Below are positions 1 through 12,882 of a DNA stretch of 64,000 bases, piece by piece. Both the position numbers and the translations under genes were made by a program. This DNA comes from Chiloscyllium plagiosum (taxonomy: Eukaryota), in NCBI RefSeq assembly GCF_004010195.1, contig NC_057718.1, positions 89,072,787 to 89,136,786 of the forward strand. The letters are read 5' to 3'. The notes under the pieces were generated by a model. It saw nothing but the letters and a program-made list of their open reading frames with translations. It was not told the origin of the DNA and ran no database searches. Position 1 is the first letter of the stretch. Each line of letters begins with the position of its first letter.

Positions 1-372
1 GAATACTTCAACCCCAGGGCATCAATGTGGACTTTAACAGTTTCTTTATTTCCCCTTCCCCCACCTCACCCTAGTTCCAAACTTCCAGCTCAGCACTGTC
101 CCCATGACTTGTCCGGACTTGTCCTACCTGCCTATCTCCTTTTCCACCTATCCACTCCACCCTCTCCTCCCTGACCTATCACCTTCATCCCCTCCCCCAC
201 TCACCCATTGTACTCTATGCTACTTTCTCCCCACCCCCACCCTCCTCTAGCTTATCTCTCCACACTTCAGGCTCACTGCCTTTATTCCTGATGAAGGGCT
301 TTTGCCCGAAACGTCGATTTCGAAGCTCCTCGGATGCTGCCTGAACTGCTGTGGTCTTCCAGCACCACTAAT
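1..372 (+). mobile_element. 3' end of a Penelope-like retroelement (C-terminus of the GIY-YIG endonuclease ORF plus terminal repeat), cut by the window start
   Basis: 3-74 reads ILQPQGINVDFNSFFISPSPTSP*, resembling the LGTLxPxGxN end of PLE endonucleases; followed by a C/T-rich tract and a hammerhead motif at 284-319. Confidence 0.8.
284..319 (+). ncRNA. Minimal type I hammerhead ribozyme motif (family A), core intact
   Basis: attc-CTGATGA(288-294)-A-GGGC-tttt-GCCC-GAAA(308-311)-CG-TC-ga. Perfect 4-bp stem II, palindromic ACGU stem III, predicted cleavage after C315. Stem I is only ~2 bp. Confidence 0.75.
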
Positions 373-508
373 CCATAATTCTTCTGCTCATAGCCATCTT
401 GATCCAGGCTGCAACAAACATCTTCCTCGAAGACTGAGTGTAATTCCAGCAGTGGCCACTGCTCCGTCCTGGCACTGTTGGGACTACAGAGCTGCTAACC
501 AATCAGAT

Positions 509-628
509 GAAGGGCTTATGCCCGAAATGTCGACTCTCCTGCTCCTCGGATGCTGCCTGACCGGCTGTGCTTTTCCAGTGCCACACTCTCGACTCTGATC
601 TCCAGCATCTGCAGTTCTTCACTTTCTC
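509..628 (+). mobile_element. Short PLE-derived insert (family A), 5' truncated within the hammerhead
   Basis: gaagggcttatgcccgaaatgtcga...cactttctc flanked by a 10-bp direct repeat ccaatcagat (499-508, 629-638). Confidence 0.75.
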
Positions 629-968
629 CCAATCAGATTGATCAGCCACTCTCTAGAGGGGGACTGCTGTCCAGAAAAGGGCTGAGGTCCTGAAATAATT
701 AAGCCTGTCCCAGTGTAATACCAGTGTGGGGAAGCTGGCTTTTGAGCGGGTGGACTGAAGACAGTCTTTTCAATCAGTTAGGCAGGGAATATGGCGTCCT
801 GTAGGATCCAGCCCATGCTGAACCAAAACGTCCAATTTCGTATCCAAGAATTTCTCCTAGCTGTTGCCCTAATTGGTGTCCTTCTTCTACATCCATCTTA
901 GAGTCAGCAACAGCTTCTGTTATTCAGTACAGCTCCCCTGCAAGGGGGAGAGATTAATGTTTGAAGAG

Positions 969-1285
969 GTGGCACAGTGGAACAGTGGTTAGCACTGCTG
1001 CCTCACAGCGCCAGAGACCCGGGTTCAATTCCCGCCTCAGGCTCTGACTGTGTGGAGTTTGCACATTCTCCCCGTGTCTGCGTGGGTTTCCTCCGGGTGC
1101 TCCGGTTTCCTCCCACTGTCACAAAGATGTGCAGGGTCAGGTGAATTGGCAGCGCTAAATTGCCCGTAGTGTTAGGTAAGAGGTAAATGTAGGGGTATGG
1201 GTGGGTTTTGCTTCGGCGGGTCGGTGTGGACTTGTTGGGCTGAAGGGCCTGTTTCCACACTGTAATGTAATCTAATCTAATCTAA
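969..1285 (+). mobile_element. HE1-like tRNA-derived SINE (representative copy)
   Basis: tRNA-like head (cagtggttagcac; B box ggttcaattcc), conserved body, CR1-like tail and (taatc)n end. Other copies at about 1610-1892(-), 4495-4812(+), 13510-13808(-), 22596-22882(+), 25665-25960(-), 29905-30150(+), 37738-37995(-), 40340-40655(+), 55650-55967(-), 56475-56790(-), 59386-59685(+). Confidence 0.85.
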
Positions 1286-2329
1286 AGAGGAGCAGATTGA
1301 CCAGAGTATGTTGATATGGCACATGTCCCGCTGAGTCCCCTGTTGAGCACTGAATGAGCCAGCAGTGTGGCTGCACTGTCTGCTGGACACATCAATCATT
1401 CAGTCAGGAGACAACACAAAGCTTACACGCCTCTTACTTCAAACAGGACCAGGTGGGGGCAAATCCTAACCCCCACCTCCCAAAAATAGGATCAAACTCA
1501 TGCTATTTGAAGCAATTTGTGTTGAAACCTTGTTTTTTTTTCTGTCTATCCACACTTTTCAGAATTGTACCATTTCTAAAATGCTGTCAATCCAAGTGAT
1601 CAGCTACTTAGAATCCCTAAAGAATGGAAACAGGCCCTTTGGCCCAGCAAGTCCACACCGACCCTCTGAAGAGTAATCCACCCAGACCCATTCTCTTATT
1701 TCTCTCCATTTCTCCTGACTACGGGCAATTTAGCACGGCCAATCCACACACCTTTGGATTGCGGGAGGAAACCGGAGCAAACCCACATGTACACGGGGAG
1801 AATGTGCAAACTTCACATGGACAGTTTACTGAGGCTGGAATTGAACCTAGATATCTGCTGCTGTGAGGTAGCAATGCTAGCCCCTGTGCCACTCCTGACT
1901 AGATCACTTCACATTGGTCTACACTGAATTCCATTTAACTGGCTTCTTCTCATTTCATTATCCCAGCTACCACATCCTGATCTCTATAATCATCAGCATT
2001 GCCATCCACTATGGTGTAAGTTTACAGCAATGCTGCCTACGCTCAATCTAAATCATTTCTAAAACTTGAAAGGGAGGATGGACCTAAACCAACCTTCAGT
2101 CTGAAAAGCATCCAACCATCACCCACTTCCGTGCCTTGTCATTCAGTCCATTCTCCATCTAAATCCCCTTCCCCCTTGTTTCCATGGCTGAAACCTTCAT
2201 ATAAAGCCCCTTGTTGACATGCTGTTGAATATCTTACAAAAAGTTCAGCTCTCCCTGTTACCTAGTCCTAGTTCTTATATTTTTACTTCATCAAAAGGAC
2301 CAATCAAGTTGACAAACATGGCTTACCAT

Positions 2330-2860
2330 AAGATATGGAATGGAAGGAAGCCATTCAGCACATCAAATCTCCTCTGCCATTCCAAGCTCATAGCTGATCA
2401 GATAATCCTCAACTCTACTTCCCTGCCATTTTCCCCATAATCCTGATTCCCTTACTGGGGTTTATCTTATAGTCCATTGAGGATATTTAACAACTCGACC
2501 TCAGCAACCTTTTGGAGTAAAGAACGCCATAGAATCACCAACTTCTCAGAGAAGAAATTCATCCTCACTTCTGTCTTAAATGGGCGACCCTTTATTCTGA
2601 GATTATGCCTCTGCTCTTAAGCTCTCCCACAAGGGGAAACAATCTCTTCACATCTGACCTGTCAGGTCCTCTACGAATCTTGCATGTTTCAATAATCTTA
2701 TCCTTCTATATTTCAACAAGTATAGGCCCAATCTACTCAACCTCTCCTCTGAAGACAGTCCCCCCCCATACCTGCTGTTAGCCGAGTGAACCATCTCTGG
2801 ACTGTCTCCAATGCAACTATGTCTTTCCTTGGATATGGGGTCCAAACCTGTTCCTCAATT
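2330..2860 (-). mobile_element. CR1-type LINE 3' fragment, degenerate
   Basis: Minus-strand translation includes GLSSEERLSRLGLYLL, typical of the CR1 ORF2 C-terminus, followed by a CR1-like 3' UTR. Confidence 0.75.
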
Positions 2861-5289
2861 AAGCTAGGTTATACAAATAAAGGCTTATTTTGTCCCAGAT
2901 AAAGGTATCCCATCATACATGATATGCCCCTCGACTCATATCTCCTTACTTCCCAACACATTTTCAATCTGCAACACACCTGGATGTTTAAGAGATTTCT
3001 CTTCAGATGAAGGAGGTCCCTGTTAAACAGTTTACATGAGTTTTCGTCTTGATGTGGGACACATTTGAAGTACAATCCAAATTCCTTTAGTTTTTCTGGA
3101 ACAAATTCCTGAAGGATGCTTGAAGGATCTGCCTTGAATTAGAACTGACAAAGTGAAAGTCTTCAAAGTCAACCTTGTGTAGATTGTTCTATTTCTGAAG
3201 CTGCTGGTGTTGAGTTAATGTGAGTGTGTCTTGTGGCTGCATGATATCTAATTGTGTCACTCAGTGTCTGGGACACCCCATTCCCTCCATCACCAATGGC
3301 CTTGTATTCTGAGGGTCTGCTTTTCTCCAGTGTTTTCTCGCCCACAGCAGTCAAGGTGACTATAACTGGAGGTCCACACCAAGTTCTGTGCCTGTCCCTG
3401 CTATTAGTTATAGAGTCATGGAGATTACAGCACGGAAACAGACCCTTCGATCCAACTCATCCAAGCTGACCAGATATTCTAACCTAATCTAGTCCCATTT
3501 GCCAGCACTTGGCCCAAATCCCTTGAAACTCTTTCTATTCATCTCTTCTTGAGCAAGGATAAAAAGAGGAGATTTCAGTGTAAGAAACTGTGTTGATGAA
3601 ATGACAGTAGACAGTGACTATGACAGAGGGAACTGATATTGTGCTATGATGAGGGTGAGTTGGTTGTGTAGGATATGGGGAGTTCCTGAGAGATAAAGAG
3701 AGTTGGAGAAACCTGCAAAGCATGTATATCTGAGGAGCATTGTCCAGGAAAAGAATTGGGAGAGTCAGAACGAGGGAATTGGCACTTGAACATGTGTCAT
3801 GGAACTACACTGTTCCCGGCCTGAGGAAGCCATTGAATTACTTGCAGCCCTGTATCTGCCAGTAGGGGTCCTCACTCCTGCTACCCAAGCCTCAGCCACG
3901 ACCTGCTTGGCTTTTCAGTCAGGCTTAAATATTTCCCTGGAGGCCTTTCTAGACGTCAGCATAATCTCTGAGGAGAGACAAAGAACCTTGGGTCAACCAT
4001 CCCAATGTGACCCTCCATGTGTTCAGTCATTGCCTCTTGGTTGTCTGATGCAGATTGTTTCCATTCTGACCCTCACCTGGCTCCTTCACACTACTTCGAC
4101 AATGTGTGTGCATCTAAATCACACCTGACTGATCCAACAGGTTGGGAAAACGGGAAACGGCACGTAAAATTTGTGACTCCGTTAAAAAGCCACAGTTGAA
4201 AAAGGAGTGCAATGGCCCAGTGATATTACTGCTAGGCCAGTGATCCAGGTAGTTCAAATCCTACCTCAGGGGATGGTGGAATTTGAGTCCAATACAAATT
4301 TGGAATTAAGGGTCTGATGATGTGCATGAATCCGTTGACAATTATCAGGAAATAATTCATTTGATTCACCAGTGTCCTTTAAGGAAGAAAATCTTTACCT
4401 CGTCTGATCTACCTGTGACCTACAGCAATGAGGTTGACTCTGAACTGCATTCTGGGAAATAAGGGATACTTGCTGGTCTAGCTTGCAAAGGAATGGCAGC
4501 ACGGTTGCTCAGTGGTCAGCACTGCTGCCTCACACCGCCAGAGCCCTGGGTTCAACTCCACCCTCGACTGATTGTGTGGAGTTTGCACGTTGTCCGCGTG
4601 GATTTACTTTGGATACTCCAGTTCCCTCCCATAGTCCAAAGATGTACAGGTTAGGTGGATTGACCATGTGTCCAGGGATGTGCCAACCAAGTGGATTAGC
4701 ACTGGGATATGCCGGGTTACAGGGACGGTGGGTCTGGGGGGATGCTCTTCAGAGGATTGCTGTAGACTCTATGGGCTGGAGGCCCTGCTTCCAAACTGTA
4801 TGCATTCTATGAATAAAAATAAACCCAGTCCACACATTCTTGAGTTTCTGTCCTCTGCCAGCCTCCCTGTGCTGCGAATGGGTCCAAACTTCACCCTATG
4901 TAGTGCAACAGCTGAGCTGCTATGGTATTAATCACTGGCTAAACCTGAGCTACACTACTCAATCGGTATGGCTAGAATCTTGGATCATTTTCCTTGAAGC
5001 AGTGATGGGTAGAAGGGGGGGGCTTAGTAAAGAGGTTTAAAATTACAAGGAGTTCTGAGGTAAGGGTAAAGAAGCTTCCTGTTTAAGATAGAGATGGAAT
5101 TTTTCTTTGGGAGGGCCGCTAATCACTGAAGTTCTCTACCTGAGAGAGTAATGGAGAATGGGGAGGAGTTTGCGCCAACTATCTTTTTACTGAAAGGGGA
5201 AAGCATGCTTGAGGGGCTGAATGGCTATTGCTGCTTTTTCTTATATGCTTCTGAAGGAAAACAGGAGTACGATGAAAGGATAGCTCTTT

Positions 5290-5705
5290 CAAACAGCTGG
5301 CACAAATGGGCTGTTTTCCCTGGAGTGTCGGAGGCTGAGGGGTGACCTTATAGGGGTTTATAAAATCATGAGGGGCATAGATAGGGTAAATAGACAAAGT
5401 CTTTTCCCTGGGGTGGGGGGAGTCCAGAACTAGAGGGGCATAGGTTATGGGAGAGGGGAAAGATATAAAAGAGACCTAAGGGGCAACTTTTTCACTCAGA
5501 GAGTGATACGTGTATGGAATGAGCTGCCAGAGGAAGTGGTGGAGGCTGGTACAATTGCAACATTTAAAAGGCATCTCGATGGGGATATGAACAGGAAGGG
5601 TTTGGAGGGATATGGCAGGTGGGACTAGATTGGGTTGGGATATCTGGTCGGCATGGACGAGTTGGACCGAAGGGTCTTGTTTCCATGCTGTATATCTCTA
5701 TGACG
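5290..5705 (+). mobile_element. HER1/CR1-like LINE 3' fragment
   Basis: Highly similar to the 3' end of the long copy (50470-50874); ends in ctctatgac. Related short tails at about 3410-3545(-), 34130-34255(-), 41088-41285(+), 61760-61950(+). Confidence 0.85.
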
Positions 5706-6629
5706 CTCTGACTGCCAGGAAAATGTGCCTGTACCGTGTTAGAATCTTTTATCATTTTATTCCCACCAATAAACTAGTTACCAAAGACACGACAGAATGT
5801 TTAAAATGGAAGGATCTTTGCTCAACGTTTTATGGAACAGGACTTGAAAGACCAAGTCAAAGGCCATGTGAATTATTGTACATTATACGCAAACTAACTG
5901 GCTCAGTAACAGGGTTTAGTTATTGTAATACTTCCAAAACAATCCATCAGTCACACTGACGATAAGATATGAATTATGCCTCATAGAACAGAGGGAAAAA
6001 AAAGCTTAACTTTCTTATTTTGCATTTTATTAGAAGTCAAAAGATAAATCAATAGTAAAATGCGTTGTATCTTATTATTATGCCTGATGACTCTTCTGAT
6101 AAATAACCAACTTGAGGCAAAAGGCTTCATTGCAATTCGAAAGAGAAGACGACCTTGGGCTCTTTAATGTCAAAGGTGGCTGTTTCTTAGTGCCTGAGTG
6201 AGACTGTTGAGAAAAATGCAGTGGGATAAGCCAATATGAACGAATTTCTCCAGCTGCAAAATCTGCTCAGCAAGGCCTCCTTATATAAAAAAAGTAAAGG
6301 ATCCACAACAGAGGACCAGATGGAGGTGTTTTAGATCAATGCATTGGCACCTTCTGGATTAAGTCATTGTCCAGGCCAAAGATCCAAGTGATGTTTGTAT
6401 CTCTTGACCCATACAGGGAGCTGATGCCCCATGGTCAGATCATTGACTTATTCAATCAGTGATGCGCATCTGCAAAGCATCAAGACATCTCAAGGCGCAA
6501 AGGTCCAGGAGGGAAACGATCAATGTCTGAGTCCTAAAGCCACCCCCAGAGTGGAGTGAGGAATTCCATGTGCAGACCACAATCATTCTGCACAATCTTC
6601 ACACGTGCAACCCAATTCGCGAACAGCGG

Positions 6630-7173
6630 TGTGACAATGCTGCTCCTTTAACAAGGCTATGTTGTCCTTGGGTTTTCTTTCAGAGGGGTCATAACACAGG
6701 TTCCGAAATGTCTGGATTTAAAACAAAAGACTTATACAATGAAAGGGGAGTGGTCAGTTCTCCCAGCTCAGCTTTTTCTTGGGTTTGGTTTGGTTTTAGC
6801 AAGAGTTCAGTGTTTGAGGCGGTTAGTCAAAGAAGCAGCTCCATGCTGATCCTCTCTCTCGCTCTCTCTGACATCTCTCCTGTAAGACCCTGTGTTTGAT
6901 TTTAACTTCTTTTGCCAAGGGGGTGTTCATGGGGATGCTGCAAGTATTTGGAACAGCATCACTAAGTTGGGACAGAGTCGACTAGGTTTTCAGATAAGTT
7001 CTGATATGCTAAATTCATTTTTCTTTTGCGCGTGCATAAATAAATTCTGGTTTAAACTGAGAGGTTGGGCCAGCTGCATCACTCCACTTACACCTGCTTA
7101 AAATTACCAGAAAAGTTAGGGTCTAGGCTACCTTTTTCAAATGTTTTGAGAGGGTTTAGCCTGATCCACAACA
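6630..7173 (+). mobile_element. Candidate solo LTR inserted in the RTE remnant
   Basis: 544 bp with TGT...ACA termini, internal AATAAA near 7038, flanked by gcgg (6626-6629) and gcag (7174-7177), a 4-bp TSD with one CpG-type mismatch. Confidence 0.45.
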
Positions 7174-7917
7174 GCAGTATCAAATAAAATTAGCTATACT
7201 AAACTCCTGCACCCATACCATTATGTTCATCACCAGGACTAGGTCAAAGAGCATGATACTGAAATACGTGATCCTATCCCTGCCAAACAATAACAAGAAG
7301 CCATCGTTGCCTGAAAGAACAATCCAAGGTCACAAATAAAGAGGGCATCCAATGGCTTAACTCTGACATCAAAGAATTCTTCTGGAGGGAAGGAGACATG
7401 AGGCTGGAGGAAAATGGCCGACATGCGTTGAATTATACCATCGTGACAATGCAAACCTTTTTTTTGAAGGTCATCTTTAGATCAAAGCCGAATGGATAAA
7501 ATCCCCTTTATTCACAGGGTGGTGTTTCTCTATTGAAAGTTGACAATGTCATCCACTGTCATTGGCCAGGACATTGCAAACAACTCAACTCCTCAACCAC
7601 GACTCCACAAGGACAGCTGACAATTTCCAGTTTATCCTCTTAGTGCATTGTGGTAGATTCCAGGGGTGATCCACCATCAATGGAAGAATGATCAATGAAT
7701 GAAAAATATAAATGCCTTCAATCCAGTGAATTGAAGTCATCGACCTCTGGACGGGAAAGGAAAAAGAATTTCCCTCAGATTTCAGGAATATGTCAATTAT
7801 AGCCATCTTCAAAAAGGAAGATAAATCAAGCTCTGGTAATTATCAAGATAATTACCTCTAATCTATCACGGAGAAATCCTGACAGACATTTTCCTAAATC
7901 ATATTTTGACAGAGGCA

Positions 7918-8265
7918 AAGATGTAGCGGTAAAGTTACAGGACTTGCAAACCAAAAGCTTAGGCTAATGTTCTGGGGACACGGGTTGGAATCCCACCACG
8001 GCAGATGGTGAAATTTGAAATCAGTAGAAACCTGGAGGTGAAAGCTGGCTCAGTGACAATTATTTTGGCTCTGTCGATTATCATATAAACCTGGTTCAGT
8101 AATGTCCTTTGGGGAGGAGACTCTGTTGTCCTTACCTGGTCAGGCCTACATGAGATTCCAAACCCCACTGCAATGTGGTTGGCTCACAAATGCCCTCTAA
8201 GCATTTACAGATGGGCAATAATTGCTGACCTAGCCAGTAATACCCACATCCCATTAAAAAAAATG
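7918..8265 (+). mobile_element. Second tRNA-headed SINE family (representative copy)
   Basis: B-box-like ggttggaatccc, conserved body (cttacctggtc/tggcctacatg..actcca), tail gatgggcaataa..gctg.cctagccag. Other copies at about 4205-4482(+), 31035-31368(-), 36905-37055(-), 60048-60395(-); degenerate at 23100-23220(-), 23565-23825(+), 33045-33355(-). Confidence 0.7.
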
Positions 8266-8331
8266 AAATTCTTCCTGTAGGTGAGGTAATTCAGTACAGA
8301 TTTAGAGTTTCCAGCGGGACCCCTGATATGT

Positions 8332-9160
8332 AGTCATAGAGATGTACAGCACCGAAACAGACCCTTTGGTCCAACCCGTCCATGTCGACCAGATATCCTA
8401 ACCTAATCTCATCCCATTTGCCAACACCCAGCCCATATCCCTCTAAACCCTTCCTATTCATATATCCATCCAGATGCCGTTTAAATGTACCAGCCTCCAC
8501 CACTTCCTCTGGCAGTTCATTCCATACACGCACCACCCGCTGCGTGAAAAAGTTGTCACTTAGGCTCTTTTTAAATTTTCCCCTCTCACCCTAAACCTAT
8601 GCCCTCTAGTTCTGGACTCCCCAACCCCAGGGAAAAGACTTTGGCTATTTACCCTATCCATGTCCCTCATGATTTTATAACCATCTATAAGGTCATCCCT
8701 CAGCCTCCGACGCTCCAAGGAAATTAGCCCCAGCCTATTCAGCCTCTCCGTATAACTCAAATTTTCCAAACCCGGCAACATCCTTGTAAATCTTTTATCA
8801 AGCCTTTCAAGTTTCACAACATGCCTTTCTATAGGAGGGAGACCAGAACTGCTCGCAATATTCCAAAAGTGGCCTAAACAATGCCCTGTACAGCCACGAC
8901 ATGACTTCCCAACTCCTATACTTAACGCTCTGACCAACAAAGGAAAGCATACCAAACCCTTTTTCACTATCCTATCTACCTGTGACTCCTCTTTCAAGGA
9001 GCTCTGAACCTGCACTCCAAGGTCTCTTTGTTCAGCAACACTCCCGAGGACCTTACCATTAAGTGTATAAGTCCTTCTAAGATTTGCTTTCCCAAAATGC
9101 AGCACCTCACATTTATCAAAATGAAACTCCATCTGCCACTCCTCAGCCCATTGGCCCATC
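8332..9160 (-). mobile_element. HER1/CR1-like LINE 3' fragment (end of RT to 3' UTR)
   Basis: QWAEEWQMEFHFDKCEVLHFGK...RDLGVQV...LERRRLRDDLI..YKIM; frameshifted. Confidence 0.9.
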
Positions 9161-9859
9161 TGACCATGGTCATTGTTGCCAGATAAATGTAAGAACAACT
9201 CTTCAATGGCTCCATCAACCTCACCAAAGTATTTGACTCAATTACTTATGAGGCTATGAACCAGGCACCTTCAAAATCCTTCAAGCAAGGCAATGCGATA
9301 GCCACCACCCTGTTTACCGGACTCTAGTTATTCACCTCATCAAAGGTCCATTGCCCGTTGGTGTCAGTACTGAACACCACCAAGGTGGAAAGGTTTTCAA
9401 CCTCAGTTGCCTCAGTGTCAAATTCAATTAGCCCCCCCATAAATGCACGTGATCTACAGTTAGCAGGTATTTCCCATTCTCCCCTTCCTTTTCAAGTCAC
9501 TCTCTATGTCTTCAATTCTGCATTTAAGAAACTTGATCTATCCTTGAATGCTGTTGTAACAAGGCATATATCAACTAACCACCCAGTCATCCAGATATTC
9601 CAATCTCTGTTGAAGGAGAATACACTGAATACTTCCTATACCAATGGTAGATACACCTCTCAAAAGTCTACCATTGACGAGAAGATCCAATACCAGGATC
9701 AGCTACGCTGGCTCAGCCTTGTATAAACTGAAGTAGCAAGAATCTGACAAGACCAAGCTTCTCAGAAGTCACCAAAATTCCTCATGCCCAGCTCTTAACT
9801 GGGTTACAATGACACATTGCAGTCCTGGAGGAACTCTGTCGGTAATACCTCTGCCCCAT

Positions 9860-10710
9860 AAGACCGTAAGAAATAGGAGCAGGAGTAGGCCATTCGATCC
9901 CTCAAGCTTTCTCTGCCATTCAATGGGATTATGGTTGATCTGACGTTCCTCAGGTCCACTTTCCTGCTTTCTCCCTGTAATCCTTGATGCGCCCACTGGA
10001 TCTCGATGTCCCCACTGATCCTCAATGCCACGACTGATCCTCAATGTCCCGACTGATCAAGGATCTCTATCTCAGCCTTAAAAAAAGGTCTCTGCCCTCC
10101 ACAGCTCTCTGTAGCAAGGATTTCCAAAGACTCACTACCCTTTGAGAGAAAAGGTTCTCAGTCTTAAATTGGCGTACCTTTATTCTGAGACTATGCCGTC
10201 TGCTCCTTGGCTCTACCATAAGGGGAAACATCCTCTCAGCATTTACCCTGTCCAGCTCCTCAAGAATCTAAAATGTTTCAATGAGATTCTTCTATACTCG
10301 GGTGAGTAGAGCCTCAATCTGTTTCACTTTTGCTCATACGACAATGCCTCCACTCCAGGGATCATCCCAGTCAACTGTCTCTGAACTGCCTCCAGTAAAA
10401 TATCGTTCCTTAAACAAGGGGACCAAAACTGCTCACAATGCTCCGGATGTGATCTCCCCAGCATCTCACGCAGTTGCAGTTGAAATTCCCTGCTCTCATA
10501 CTCCAACTTCCTTAGAATAAGGGTAAACATTTCATTCACCTTCCTCGTGACCTGCTGCAACAGTGGGCTAGCTTTCTTGAACTGCACAAGTCCCTTTGTG
10601 TTGCAGCTTTCTGCCGGGATTCCCTATTTAAATAATTCCTTGATCTTGAGTTCTCTTTTCCCAAATGAACAACTTCCCACGTTCCCACATGATGCACCCT
10701 ATTCAATGGG
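9860..10710 (-). mobile_element. Older CR1-type LINE 3' fragment
   Basis: EVVHLGKEN, QRDL, EHCEQFWSPCLRNDILLEAVQRQLTGMIPG motifs on the minus strand. Confidence 0.8.
9980..10058. repeat. Short tandem duplication, ~19-bp unit x ~4
   Basis: actgatcctcaatg(c/t)c(a/c)cg repeated within the LINE 3' UTR. Confidence 0.7.
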
Positions 10711-12519
10711 AGAGTCATTGAACAAATGCTAATGCTCTTTTTGAAGCCGGCTATTGCTTCAGGAAATTCACTGCCAATGGCTGGACCTGGATGGGCCACA
10801 TGCCTTCTCCCCCCCATTAGGTGCTATTTTCTCAACTCTCAAACGGTCTTGGGTCGACAAAGAAGCCTCTTCAAATGCAAAGACCCTCTGCAACTTTCCT
10901 GGAGGCGTGTCATGAATGACCAAGATACAGTTTGTTCGCGGTTGGTCAACTTTTCCATCAAACTGGATCACACTTTGTGTCAAGCGATCTCAGTGATGAG
11001 GCAGAATGGTAGGGGGGGGGGGGAAGGTGAGGAAACACTGCACTCCAGATCCTGTTAGCTCGCCCTGTCCCATGTGCCCAAACAGCTGCAGGTCAGGATT
11101 CATGACCCCAGAGTAAACATCGCTTTCAAATGTATCGGTGAGCCACTACTGCCAAACTGCCTCAGGTTTTTGTTAGTTGTTCACTCTTTGAAGCCGTCCA
11201 TCAAAATGACAACAGCTCATAAATTATGAATCAGTCAGAGAACAGATTGTGAAAGAAGCTTAACTTTCTTGTTACACATGTCAATAGAAGTCAAAACATT
11301 AACTAAGAATAAAGTGTGTTGTACATTATTCTGCCTGATGACTGTGACCAATGAACAGTTTATTTATTCAGGAGTAAATGAACTGTAAAGATCAAAGCTG
11401 CGGATTATGTTAAACAGAAACAAAAATGATCAGAAACACGATACTTTGAGCTGGAACAGAAAATAAAGTAAGTCTGAAGCTGACTGGGGTGCTGATCGCC
11501 AAGTGGCCCACCCATGTTCTAACGCAGTGATAAAGTGAGCAGATATGTGTGATCACTGCTCAGCGCAACTGAATTGTTGTACACACTAGGGCCAAATCTG
11601 CACTGGCTACCTTCCCAGACGTCACACCCTTAGCTGCAGGCACAACTTGTACCTGGCAGGTTCACAGTATCGGTAAATCTGGCGTCTCTCTCTACTTGGT
11701 CTTACAGGTATTTGGGCCACGCAAGCCTTCGCTCCCCTTCCACCCACCCCCCCTCCTCCTCCGCCCCACTGCCACAACAACTCATGCCCAAATCCCCACA
11801 ACAACAAACCAGACATCAGCAGCTAACAGGACCATGTTTGGCTACTCTCTCAGATCCCGCTATGCTGTTTCAATGCTCCCACCGATGCCCTTATCGATAC
11901 TTAAGCCTTAATCAGCATCATCAAACGAGACGATGTAATTTAGCTCAGTGATGTTTGTGGGATTTTGCTCTGCACAAACCATGGGAAGCAAGGAATCTTG
12001 GGAAAAGTAACCGCATGCAGGTGGGCCATTTGGGATATCGTGGGTGTGTTGGATCTTTGCAAATGCAAATCATTTCTCTCCCACCTTTGCCTCACAGCCC
12101 AAAAAAAAGGTTTTTCTCCTCGGATTAGAGTTGAATCCTCTTTAGAATGTCATGAATGGAGCCTCATTCACCAGAGTGTATTTCCAGATTCTAAGCTGAC
12201 GTACAAGACAATTGGCCTGAAAGGGTTAATTGAGCGATAGTTGTATGGCTCCACCCACTGATAAATTAGTGACAACCTCTAGAGCGGCCTAGGTGGCCTG
12301 CAGCCTGCTTCACTCTGCATTTAGAGATATTTTCTCATCAACCTGTTGAGAGTTACCATTAAGCGCATCTGGAGCAGGTGGGATTTAAACTCATGCCTCC
12401 TGCCTCAGACATAGAGATACCAGCACCACACCACAACAGCCCTATTAATCTACAGCTGTTGTCAGCAGCTTGGGCCTAGCTGCTATCTTTTGGGAGCTAC
12501 TGTATTACGTACTGTGAAA

Positions 12520-12882
12520 TGTAGTTATATGGTGTTACTCTACTGTAACTTGTCTCCTTATTACTCTCTAATGTACATGTTACCCAAGAAAATGCCACTT
12601 TTGCTGGGACTTCCACGTGATCATTACTTTCTAAGCCTTACCCTTGAAATAATTCCAAGGAGGCAGCTATTCTATCACCAAGTTACCCTTTGTTTACCCA
12701 TGAACAGTCTTTGCCTACAGTACTGCTGCCTGATAGAGAGGCAGGCAACAGAGGGTCAGTATCTTTGACATCCAATCCTTTTATGTCAGCCAGGGCTCCC
12801 TTATTGGATCAGGTTAACAGCCCCAATCAGGGAACACATATTCTCTGATGTCCAGCTGGCTGACCTTGTTATAATCACTACA
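12520..12882. mobile_element. Candidate LTR-like dispersed repeat
   Basis: Termini tgtagt...actaca; the right half clearly matches 19370-19578 (atgtcagc.ag.gctccct.attgga.cag.ttaacag...cttgtta.aatcac.aca). No TSD seen. Confidence 0.45.

Larger units (their letters stand above)
6330..9840 (+). mobile_element. Old, fragmented RTE-clade LINE remnant interrupted by younger insertions
   Basis: Degenerate motifs in the expected order: WSDH*LIQSVM (~6430, endonuclease end), FPSDFRNMSIIAIFKKEDKSSSGNY (~7770-7845), INLTKVFDS (~9215), KQGNAIATTLF (~9283), GKVFNLS (~9386), RDLQLA (~9448), SQKSTIDEKIQ (~9660). Many stops and frameshifts. Confidence 0.65.

Noticed and set aside
288..294. TGATGA/CTGA motifs as C/D-box snoRNAs
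   Set aside because: They occur in dispersed repeats with a hairpin and GAAA immediately downstream; no box C-box D pair with a terminal stem was seen.
969..1045. tRNA genes at SINE heads
   Set aside because: A/B-box-like heads run directly into SINE bodies and tails; they are tRNA-derived, not free tRNA genes.
6673..6720. ttttctttcag followed by GHN, resembling the start of the ESR1 second zinc-finger exon
   Set aside because: Continues GHNTGSEMSG with none of the required cysteines and lies in a candidate LTR.
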